64,000 nucleotides of DNA from Deltaproteobacteria bacterium (GTDB taxonomy: Bacteria; Desulfobacterota; GWC2-55-46). A program made the position numbers and the translations under genes. The DNA lies in contig JACRNL010000010.1 in NCBI GenBank assembly GCA_016234935.1, positions 95,617 to 159,616 of the forward strand, read 5' to 3'. Positions 38,612 to 46,691 of the stretch are shown here, in pieces (the first letter of the stretch is position 1; each line of letters starts with the position of its first letter). The notes beneath the pieces were generated by a model that made no database searches, was not told where the DNA came from, and saw nothing but the letters and a program-made list of their open reading frames with translations.

Positions 38612-40712
38612 TTTCCCTCCCCTTGAAGGGGCTGAGCCCCCTCAGGGGGTTCAACCCCCTTAACACTCTTAAATCCCCCTGCCGGAGCGTGACCCTCTCC
38701 CTGTCAAAATATTCGAGTATCTCTATCGCGAGCTTCCTGCCGACGCCGAGTATGTCCCTGAACTCGGCGGCCTTTATCGGCCCCTTTTCCATGATATGCG
38801 CGCAGAGCCTCTCTTTGGCGTCATTAACGGCCTTGCCGGACATATAGACGCCTTCTTTTATCTTCACCACGACGCCGCGCTTGACGAGATATCCAAAGAC
38901 GCGCGCCGCGTCCTCAGGCTTGAACGCGAGCCCCCTTATCTCATCCATAGAGCGCGCGGTAAAACCGCCGGATTGGAAAAGGGCCATTACAGCGGCCTCT
39001 ATCTGCGCGTCCTGTCCGGCGGCGCGCGGACAATGCCCGGCAAGCGCGACGGCCTTGCCGTCTCTTTTAATCATGCCCTGCGTTATCATTACGTCAAGGC
39101 ATTCCTTGAAAAATGAAACTGTGCAACGCGCCCAGCACCACTTTTCGCTGCCAACGTTTGTATTTCGCATGAACTCTTGGCGATGGAAAGTGGTGCTGGG
39201 CGCTCTTACGGCCTTAAATATCTGGTCTTCCTTGACGCCGGCCTCGGCGGGGCTTGCGGCGTGAAGGTCTGAAAGCGTTTTTACGATGTCGCTCTTCAGT
39301 TTTTCAACCCTGTCAACGGACGCTATCGAACTGCCCATGATGGCGAACTTCCCTCTCCCTGAGGGAGTCCGGGACAGAGGCCCTTTTGATTCGAATGATT
39401 TAAGCAGAACATCTTCCCTTATATTCAAGAGGAGAGAGACGGTCTTTACGTCAAAAAAAACAGCCTTGCCGTGAAAGACCGAGGCGAGCAGCTCATGGAG
39501 TTCAGCCCCTTCAAGCGGCAACACCGGCTCCCTGAAGGAGTTCAACTCCTTTGAAAGACCGGGAAGATGCACAACCCCGCCGCCAACGGTGGCATTTATT
39601 GCAGGGTCTCTGAGGATGAAACGGTCGCCCCGAAGCATTAACATGGGCTTTTTCAATATCAGCCTGCCAAAGGCGCGCCGTTCGTCCGCCTTGCGGCCCG
39701 TCCGGCTCCCTAAGGGAGTTCGGCTCCCTGAGGGAGTCCCGCCCTTTAATCTTATTGTCGCTGGAACGCTTTGCGTAAAATGGTGCACGGTAAGTATCGC
39801 GTTGTTTTTTATCTTCGCATCCTTCAGAAACTCAAAAAAGCAGTCCACGCGGCGCGTATTGGCCGGGCTTGAAAAAGCCGACAGGGCCGGGTCGGCGAGC
39901 ACGCAGCCGCGCGTTATGCCGCTGTGTGAAATGCCGCTTATGTTTACGGCGGCCCGCTCCCCGGCGTTGACCTCATCGGCCTCCATGAACAGGCTTTGAA
40001 GCCCCCTTACACGCGCCTCTTTTCCAAGAGGAAAGCATACGGCCCTGTCGCCTTTTTTTATCGAGCCTGAGGCCACGGTGCCGGTAACGACCGTGCCAAA
40101 GCCCGGCACGCTGAAGGAGCGGTCAATGGGGAGCCTGAAAAAGCCGCCATTATCCCGCGCGCGCGGGGCGAGGGCTTTTTCTATCAGCTTTTTAAGGCTT
40201 GAGATGCCCTCGCCCGTGACGGAAGAGACCGGCTGGATAACTGAACCTTCAAAGGCCGTGCCTTTTATAAGTTTTAAGATTGCATTTTCAACCTCACGGA
40301 TGCGCGCCTCTTCCGCCATGTCGCGCTTGGTGATGGCGAATACAGCCCTTTTTATCCCAAGAAGCACGCAGATGCCGAAGTGCTCAAGCGTCTGCGGCAT
40401 TATCCCGTCGTCGGCGGCCACCACAAAAAGCGCCATGTCAATGCCGGTCGTTCCGGAGAGCATGTTCTTTATGAAACGCTCATGGCCGGGCACGTCAATG
40501 ACTGCGGCCCTTAGAGCGCCCCCGGCGCCGTCGAGGTCAAGATACGCAAAGCCGATGTCAATGGACAGCCCGCGCTTTTTTTCTTCCTTCAGCCTGTCCG
40601 TGTCAATGCCCGTAAGGGCACGGACGAGGGAGGTCTTGCCGTGGTCTATGTGCCCGGCGGTGCCGATGACGGCGGATATGCGCGTTATGTGCGGCATGTT
40701 CTGTTGTTCCAT
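38604..40712 (-). CDS. selB: Selenocysteine-specific elongation factor SelB with several repeat-derived inserts
   Basis: GTAGHIDHGKT, TDRLKEEKKRG, DVPGHERF, IDRSF...GFGTVVTGT and C-terminal RK.AI..LEYFD winged helix. Confidence 0.95.
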   Translation of the reverse strand: MEQQNMPHITRISAVIGTAGHIDHGKTSLVRALTGIDTDRLKEEKKRGLSIDIGFAYLDLDGAGGALRAAVIDVPGHERFIKNMLSGTTGIDMALFVVAADDGIMPQTLEHFGICVLLGIKRAVFAITKRDMAEEARIREVENAILKLIKGTAFEGSVIQPVSSVTGEGISSLKKLIEKALAPRARDNGGFFRLPIDRSFSVPGFGTVVTGTVASGSIKKGDRAVCFPLGKEARVRGLQSLFMEADEVNAGERAAVNISGISHSGITRGCVLADPALSAFSSPANTRRVDCFFEFLKDAKIKNNAILTVHHFTQSVPATIRLKGGTPSGSRTPLGSRTGRKADERRAFGRLILKKPMLMLRGDRFILRDPAINATVGGGVVHLPGLSKELNSFREPVLPLEGAELHELLASVFHGKAVFFDVKTVSLLLNIREDVLLKSFESKGPLSRTPSGRGKFAIMGSSIASVDRVEKLKSDIVKTLSDLHAASPAEAGVKEDQIFKAVRAPSTTFHRQEFMRNTNVGSEKWCWARCTVSFFKECLDVMITQGMIKRDGKAVALAGHCPRAAGQDAQIEAAVMALFQSGGFTARSMDEIRGLAFKPEDAARVFGYLVKRGVVVKIKEGVYMSGKAVNDAKERLCAHIMEKGPIKAAEFRDILGVGRKLAIEILEYFDRERVTLRQGDLRVLRGLNPLRGLSPFKGREIA
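38619..38658. repeat. Nested pair of 18-bp micro-insertions at the selB 3' end
   Basis: cccc ttgaa gggg [ctgag cccc ctcag gggg] ttcaa cccc. Confidence 0.9.
39355..39736. repeat. Four micro-insertion loci inside selB, mostly CTCC/GGAG type (39355, 39497, 39528, 39706)
   Basis: ctcc ctgaa ggag ttcaa ctcc (39528-39549); ctcc ctaag ggag ttcgg ctcc ctgag ggag (39706-39736). Confidence 0.78.
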
Positions 40713-40713
40713 T

Positions 40714-40801
40714 AGAAGCAGCGCGGGGCTTCTGCCCCGCGCTGCTTCTTGATGTGACTCTAAAGTTCTTTGGGCCTGCCTTTCTTTCAGGAAAGGCAGG
40801 C
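40714..40801. repeat. Two hairpins between selB and the hydrogenase genes
   Basis: 16-bp perfect stem at 40714-40749; taaagttctttgg+gcctgcctttc..gaaaggcaggc at 40761-40801, with a relative at 55668-55708. Confidence 0.75.
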
Positions 40802-40847
40802 TAATTTACAGAATGCCCTTTTTATGGTATCATTTCAACAATAAATT

Positions 40848-41666
40848 ATGCCGGAAAATGCCGAAAAAATAAGGCCGAAGGCGGCTTTTTTCTCATTCAC
40901 CTGCTGCGAGGGCTGCCAGCTCGCCGTGCTCAGCTGTGAAGACGAGCTGCCTGACATACTGCGCGCCCTTAATATCGTTTACTTCCGCGAGGCGATGACC
41001 GAAAAGCGCGTTGAACCCTCTCAGAGGGAGGATTACGATATCGCCTTTGTCGAAGGCTCCGTCACCACGCAAAAAGAGATAACAAAACTCAAGCATATCC
41101 GCAAAAAGGCAAAGACCGTCATAGCCCTTGGCGCGTGCTCGTCCACAGGCGGGCTCAACTGCCTTAAAAACCGTTTTCCCATGGACTTCGTTAAAAAGAC
41201 GGTATACGGCAAATACGCCGAAAAATATAAAAAAACATTTGAGACCCTGCCTGTAAGGCCGATTGATTCCATAATAAAAGTTGACTGCTATTTGCACGGC
41301 TGTCCGATATCGAAGACTGAATTCCTGTCCGCGTTCACCGCGCTTCTCATGGGCAAGACACCCATAACCCAGAACTACCCCGTGTGCGTCGATTGCAAGA
41401 TGGCCGGAAACATCTGCGTATTTGAAAAGGGCATGACCTGTCTTGGGCCGGTGACTCGGGCCGGATGCGACGCCGTCTGCGTCACATACGGGTGCATCTG
41501 CTGGGGCTGCCGGGGACTTGTCGACGACCCGAACGTGTCGGCCCATAAAGAGACGCTAAAGAGATACGGCCTCACCGCCGAATCGATGCTGCGCAGCTTT
41601 GATCTTTACGGCAACTGCTCCCTGAGAAAGTCCGGCTCCCTGGGAGTCAGGCCCGCTAAAAAATGA
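40848..41666 (+). CDS. [NiFe]-hydrogenase small subunit (group 3b delta-like)
   Basis: CCEGC, FVEGS, ALGAC...GG, GCP, VC.DC, CLGPVTRAGC...C and C.GC.G motifs; no Tat signal. 18-bp insert at 41007-41028. Confidence 0.88.
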   Translation: MPENAEKIRPKAAFFSFTCCEGCQLAVLSCEDELPDILRALNIVYFREAMTEKRVEPSQREDYDIAFVEGSVTTQKEITKLKHIRKKAKTVIALGACSSTGGLNCLKNRFPMDFVKKTVYGKYAEKYKKTFETLPVRPIDSIIKVDCYLHGCPISKTEFLSAFTALLMGKTPITQNYPVCVDCKMAGNICVFEKGMTCLGPVTRAGCDAVCVTYGCICWGCRGLVDDPNVSAHKETLKRYGLTAESMLRSFDLYGNCSLRKSGSLGVRPAKK

Positions 41667-42961
41667 AAAAAAACCTTCACATAAAGATACACGAAATAAC
41701 CCGCGTCGAAGGACACGGCGACATCGTCATTGACATCAGAAAGGGCCGGATAAAGGAATTGCGGCTCGATATAATCGAATCGCCCAGGTTTTTCGAGGTG
41801 ATGCTCGTGGGCAGGAAATACGACGAGGCCCAGCACATCATGTCCCGTATATGCGGCATCTGCGCGGTGAGCCACACGTCGGCGTCCCTGAAGGCCATAG
41901 AAGCGGCCATGGGCATGACGATATCCCGGCAGTCCTTGCTCCTCAGAAAGCTCGCCTTTTGCGGCGAAAGCATACAGAGCCACATACTGCATCTTTTTTT
42001 CCTTGTATTCCCCGACCTCCTCGGGGCCGGGTCTATCGCGCCACTTTTGACGGCGGAGCCGGAGCTTGCCAGGACCGGCCTTGAGCTGAAACGCCTTGCC
42101 AACGAGATATGCGCGGTCGTGGGCGGAAGGCACATACATCCCATCTCTCTGTTTCCGGGCGGAGTGGCGCACACGCCGGAGGAGGCTGACCTTAAAAGGC
42201 TTAAAAAGGCCCTCTTAGCCTCGTTTGCAAAGCTCGACTACACGCTCGGGTTTCTGTCAAACATCCCCGTGCCGCAATTTGCAAAACCCAGGGAGACAAT
42301 CTCCCTGAAGGCGCGGGGCGAATACCCGCTGCATGACGGCAAGCCTTATTCGGATAAAGAGGGCGCCATCGAGCCGGAAGAATACAGCCGCAAGGTGAAG
42401 GAATATTGCGTGAATCATTCCACGGCCAAACACGCAAGAACGAAGTCCGGGACGTTCATGGTCGGCGCTCTGGCGCGCCTTAACAACAACTTCAAACTCC
42501 TCAGCCCGCGCGCAAAGGCGGCGGCGAAAAAGGCCGGCCTGACCCTGCCGCTTGAAAACCCGTTCATGAACAACATGGCCCAGCTCATCGAATGCTTCCA
42601 CCTGACGGACGAGGCCGCCGGCCACATTGACTCGCTCATTGAAAACGGCCTGAAAAGCGAGCCTGTAAAAAAGCCCCGCAACGGTTTCAAGGGAGGCAGG
42701 GGCATAGGCATTGTCGAGGCCCCAAGGGGCACGCTCTACCATGATTATACGATAGACAAAAACGGCATAGTCAAAAAGGCCGATTGCGTCATACCCACGG
42801 CGCAGAACCTGCGTTCCATCGAAGACGATCTGAAGGCCTTCGTGCCGACGCTCCTTGACAGGCCCAGGGAGGAGATACGCCGGGGCGTAGAGACGCTCGT
42901 CAGGGCCTATGACCCATGCATATCCTGCTCGACGCATATAATGGACGTGCGTTTTGTCTAA
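41663..42961 (+). CDS. [NiFe]-hydrogenase large subunit (group 3b alpha-like)
   Basis: TRVEGHG, L1 RICGIC..SH, EAPRG.LYH and L2 DPCISCSTH motifs. Confidence 0.92.
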   Translation: MKKNLHIKIHEITRVEGHGDIVIDIRKGRIKELRLDIIESPRFFEVMLVGRKYDEAQHIMSRICGICAVSHTSASLKAIEAAMGMTISRQSLLLRKLAFCGESIQSHILHLFFLVFPDLLGAGSIAPLLTAEPELARTGLELKRLANEICAVVGGRHIHPISLFPGGVAHTPEEADLKRLKKALLASFAKLDYTLGFLSNIPVPQFAKPRETISLKARGEYPLHDGKPYSDKEGAIEPEEYSRKVKEYCVNHSTAKHARTKSGTFMVGALARLNNNFKLLSPRAKAAAKKAGLTLPLENPFMNNMAQLIECFHLTDEAAGHIDSLIENGLKSEPVKKPRNGFKGGRGIGIVEAPRGTLYHDYTIDKNGIVKKADCVIPTAQNLRSIEDDLKAFVPTLLDRPREEIRRGVETLVRAYDPCISCSTHIMDVRFV

Positions 42962-42962
42962 A

Positions 42963-43036
42963 GCAGGCAGCTGAAAAAGTCCCATCTACGTCGTTGCCTT
43001 CGTCGCCTAGTAGCTGGGACTTTTTGAGCTGCCTGC
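42963..43036. mobile_element. Short MITE-like element, internally deleted relative of 21039-21161
   Basis: 22-bp TIRs gcaggcagctgaaaaagtccca / tgggactttttgagctgcctgc. Confidence 0.72.
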
Positions 43037-43085
43037 CCGTAACAGGCTGCGCGTCAGACTATTATAAAAAAAGGGGCATATCCCG

Positions 43086-44213
43086 ATGCGCATAAATGTC
43101 ATCCCCAAACAGCTCCTTGATAAACTGCTTGCCACCAAGCAGGAGCACGGCTACCGGCCTGAAAGCTTCGACCTGAAGGGAATGCTCAAGGGCATCCTTC
43201 TACAGGCAAACAGGTTCGTCCCGTCGGAGTCAGGCTCGATACTCATTGACGATTCGGCCCTTGGCCGCCGCTTGCCTGACGCGGGTTTGCTCTACTTCGT
43301 GGCCTGCTTCGGCAAGGGCTCAGCCGCGGTCACCGGCGCAACCCTCGCCCCCGGTCTCGGCATAGCCGGTTCGACCTACTCATCGGGCAGGCCATACATC
43401 AGCAAGCAGGTCATGCAGGACAGCCGGTTCTATCCAAAATTCGACAAGATGACGAAGTATGAGACGCAGTCCATCATCTGTGCGCCGATAAAGATGCGCG
43501 GCGGCGTCATAGGGGTCATAGAGCTCATCAACAAGCTCAGCGGCATAAACTACGCAAAGGGCGATCTGACGCTCCTTAAGATCTTCGCCGAATATACCTC
43601 GACCCTCATCCAGAACGCCCTTGACGCAAAGAGCTACGGGGAGCTTTCGATACGGGACAACCTCACCGGACTGTATAACGACCGCTATATCTTCGACAGG
43701 CTTGAAAAAGAGGTCTCGACTGCCTTGAGGAAAAAGACCGGCCTTAGCGTGGTATTCATGGACCTCGACAGGTTCAAGGAAATCAACGACTCCCACGGCC
43801 ACCTTGTGGGAAGCCGCGTCCTTACCGAAATAGGCCACATCCTCTTCGCGGTCACGCGAAAGGCGAACGGAATCGCGGCAAGATACGGCGGGGACGAGTT
43901 CACGGCCATTCTCCCCGACAAAGACATCGAATGGGCCGCTGAATACGCCGAAAAGATCAGAATGACCATCGAGGACTGCACGTTCATAACGCGCAAAAGC
44001 AGGGGCATAAAAAAGGCCCTTGACATCTCAGGCATAATCACCGCGAGCCTTGGCGTGGCCTCGCTGCGGACAAACATCGAAGGCAAGGGCAGCGCAAAGG
44101 TGATAGGCGACTCGCTCATAAGGCTGGCCGACGCCGCCATGTACCAATCAAAAACAGACGGCAAAAACCGCGTTACCCTGGCTCGAAAAAGGTTCGTTTT
44201 CCCGGCCAGCTGA
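43086..44213 (+). CDS. GAF-domain diguanylate cyclase
   Basis: GAF domain (GIAG, IICAP, IGVIELIN), D.LTGLYN, DLD.FK.IND.HGH and RYGGDEF. Confidence 0.93.
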   Translation: MRINVIPKQLLDKLLATKQEHGYRPESFDLKGMLKGILLQANRFVPSESGSILIDDSALGRRLPDAGLLYFVACFGKGSAAVTGATLAPGLGIAGSTYSSGRPYISKQVMQDSRFYPKFDKMTKYETQSIICAPIKMRGGVIGVIELINKLSGINYAKGDLTLLKIFAEYTSTLIQNALDAKSYGELSIRDNLTGLYNDRYIFDRLEKEVSTALRKKTGLSVVFMDLDRFKEINDSHGHLVGSRVLTEIGHILFAVTRKANGIAARYGGDEFTAILPDKDIEWAAEYAEKIRMTIEDCTFITRKSRGIKKALDISGIITASLGVASLRTNIEGKGSAKVIGDSLIRLADAAMYQSKTDGKNRVTLARKRFVFPAS

Positions 44214-44288
44214 CCAATCCCCGTTTAAAGAAGACATGTTTTTACATCATAATCCCTTGTTTTTATTGAGTTTTACAGTTAAGACGGC

Positions 44289-44317
44289 TTGACAGGGGCA
44301 GTTCATGGTATTATAAT
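44289..44317 (+). promoter_or_regulatory. Consensus sigma70 promoter for hsp20
   Basis: TTGACA-17 nt-TATAAT, exact match. Confidence 0.8.
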
Positions 44318-44368
44318 GTAAGTAAGACGCCAGAGAGATGAAAGTGGGAAACAAGGGAGGTGAGTGTT

Positions 44369-44845
44369 ATGTTTGAGCTAAAAAGATGGGAGCCTTTAAA
44401 AGAGCTTTCAACTATCCAGAGGGATATGGATGATCTCTTCAAAAGGACCTTCGGCAGCTTGACGGCGAACATCTTCGGCAGGGAAGTGAGAATGGGCATG
44501 TGGAACCCTGCGGTTGACTGTTTCGTGAAGGAAGGCAACTTCGTTGTCCATGCCGATATTCCCGGAATAGACCCTAGGAACGTTGACATCTCGATTGTGG
44601 GAAACCTGCTCACCATCAAAGGCGAGAGGAAGTCCGAAGTCGAGGAGAAGAAGGGCGGATACCTCTTCCGCGAGGCTTCATACGGAACGTTTGAAAGGAC
44701 GGTATCTCTTCCTGAAGGATGCGAGACAGACAAGGTTCATGCCACTTATAAAAACGGCGTGCTTGAACTGACGATGCCCGCAAAGGCAGGAGCGCTTCCG
44801 AGGAAGGTGAAGGTCGAGATTGAGGAGTTAAAGAAGGCGGCCTAA
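44369..44845 (+). CDS. Small heat shock protein (Hsp20)
   Basis: WEP..EL, P.VD, DIPG, LTIKGER, YG.F.R...LP and A.YKNGVL motifs; GGAGG RBS. Confidence 0.93.
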   Translation: MFELKRWEPLKELSTIQRDMDDLFKRTFGSLTANIFGREVRMGMWNPAVDCFVKEGNFVVHADIPGIDPRNVDISIVGNLLTIKGERKSEVEEKKGGYLFREASYGTFERTVSLPEGCETDKVHATYKNGVLELTMPAKAGALPRKVKVEIEELKKAA

Positions 44846-45012
44846 GCAGGCCTTGACATAAAGGCAAATATACAGAGCGTCAGAACAAAGCAGACCAAGG
44901 CGCGAAGAGAGTGAGGAGCAACGAAGGTATGCGAAGTTATGGCGCTCTGTATGGAAACATGAAGACAGCAACGCGTTAAAAATACCCGTTCATCTCATGC
45001 AAGGCGTCAAAA

Positions 45013-45049
45013 GGGGCTGAGCCCCCTCAGGGGGTCAAACCCCCTTCAA
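45013..45049. repeat. 18-bp micro-insertion array
   Basis: gggg ctgag cccc ctcag gggg tcaaa ccccc ttcaa. Confidence 0.8.
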
Positions 45050-45165
45050 CTACCCGCAAGGCCGCGAAGAAATAAGGCCTCACGGGTTTTGTTTTATTTC
45101 CATGTCTCACCGTCCCTTCCCCCCATTACGGTAACAAACGAGAAATGCTCCAACGGCCGGGCCTG

Positions 45166-45486
45166 TCACAAATATATCGCCTTTATCAGCTTTACAATAA
45201 GCCTCATCTTTTCTTCACCACCCTTATCAATCAGCGAGTTGACAAGCTCCTTCAACTCTTTTTGAGACTTTCCATGATATGAAAAATTGAACAGATCGCG
45301 CAGTTCAACGCCCAGGGCGGCGGCAAGACTTATGAAGGTGTCAAGCGTGGGGTTTTCCTTGCCCCTTTCGATACTGCTAAGGTACTTGGAGCTTATACCC
45401 ATCTTCTCGGCAAGGACCTCCTGGGACATGCCGCTTGCCCTTCTCAACTCCTTTATCCTCTGCCCTATGAGAGCTTTCACTTGCAT
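45166..45486 (-). CDS. XRE-family HTH transcriptional regulator
   Basis: IG.RIKELR...GMSQE.LAE..GIS..YLS.IERG..NP motif. Confidence 0.92.
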   Translation of the reverse strand: MQVKALIGQRIKELRRASGMSQEVLAEKMGISSKYLSSIERGKENPTLDTFISLAAALGVELRDLFNFSYHGKSQKELKELVNSLIDKGGEEKMRLIVKLIKAIYL

Positions 45487-45542
45487 CGGGTCATTATCTA
45501 TATTATCGAATGAGAGTTAAACCATCTGATACAAGAAAAAAC

Positions 45543-45570
45543 TTGACAAAATCTAACCCTTGGTTATAAT
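45543..45570 (+). promoter_or_regulatory. Sigma70 promoter, divergent from the XRE gene
   Basis: TTGACA-16 nt-TATAAT. Confidence 0.7.
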
Positions 45571-45665
45571 TTAAAGCTCTCAGATAGAATATTACATTAA
45601 AAATATAACCGTCGGACTGAGTCATCCTCACGCATTATGAAAATCTTATCTCATATGGAGAGACC

Positions 45666-46211
45666 GTGAATGACATGTTCGAGATACATAAACATGATGA
45701 AAAAATGTTGATATTCTCAGGAGATGATGAAATCCCCTATTCAATAGGCGGCTTTCTTACCGACAGCGTGGTTTTTAAAATTTCCGTGGAAGCTGCGCTC
45801 TGGTGCAAATCCTACAAGCCTCCAGGCCTTGGCGCAGGCTGTATAATGCCGGAGATAAACTTCCTTGTGATAACCGCCTTGATAAAAAACCGCGCAGCGC
45901 AGTCCCTCGCCATCCCCAGGTCTTCGCCTCCGGTGTTCACACTGCTTGAAGAATACGGCGAGGAACATGCCGTAAGCGCAAACCCGGCCTTTGCCGGACG
46001 CAACCTCACAAGGAAGATATTATCCGGAAGCGTCATCCATCCCAAGTTGCCGCTTAAGGGGGAGCTTGTCTTTGACGTGCCTGAGGGGGACTATGCTCTT
46101 GTTGTATCCAGGGGAGCGCTCGACATGAACGGGTGCATAAAACGCGTGTGCGACATAGGCAGATACAGATTAACTCCTCAAAATAAAAACCATACGGACT
46201 CTGACGAATGA
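45666..46211 (+). CDS. Hypothetical protein
   Basis: 181-aa ORF with GGAG RBS behind a consensus promoter. A G.LVFDVP motif is reminiscent of DUF4352-like Ig folds. Confidence 0.55.
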   Translation: MNDMFEIHKHDEKMLIFSGDDEIPYSIGGFLTDSVVFKISVEAALWCKSYKPPGLGAGCIMPEINFLVITALIKNRAAQSLAIPRSSPPVFTLLEEYGEEHAVSANPAFAGRNLTRKILSGSVIHPKLPLKGELVFDVPEGDYALVVSRGALDMNGCIKRVCDIGRYRLTPQNKNHTDSDE

Positions 46212-46234
46212 CCTTCATCCGCGGCAGGGCTTTT

Positions 46235-46588
46235 TCAGCGGCCTGACAGCAACGCCTTTACTATCCTCCTGTGGCACGGCTCACCTTCCCCGCACGCGCA
46301 AAGCAGCGTCACGGGCTTGCCATTTTGCCCCTTTATCATTTCCTTAAGCTCATCCATGAGCCGCGTCTTTTCCTCTGATTTATATTCCTCAAGATAGCTC
46401 TTTTCAAACTTTTCCCAGGTTATTTGCCCTGCCTTCCATTGTCTTATGAGTCCGGCATCCGGGCCGAGGCCCCGAAGCCACGCATCCTGCGCCTCTTTCC
46501 TTACGCCTCTTGGCCAGTATCTTGTTATTAGCACCCTGAGCCCGTCGTCCTTGCCCCTTGGGCTGTATACGGATTTGGTCTTTATCAT
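46235..46588 (-). CDS. DUF488 family protein
   Basis: K.VY, DDG.RVL..R.WPRGV.K, P...L, F...Y..E and TLLC..CH motifs. Confidence 0.88.
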   Translation of the reverse strand: MIKTKSVYSPRGKDDGLRVLITRYWPRGVRKEAQDAWLRGLGPDAGLIRQWKAGQITWEKFEKSYLEEYKSEEKTRLMDELKEMIKGQNGKPVTLLCACGEGEPCHRRIVKALLSGR

Positions 46589-46691
46589 GCGCAGGGCCTG
46601 TTTAAGATGCAAAAAAGACCGCTAAAACATCCCTCCGGTTTCAGGCTCTGTCCTGACGGCCGATTCATCCACCATTATCAATCCATTCTCC

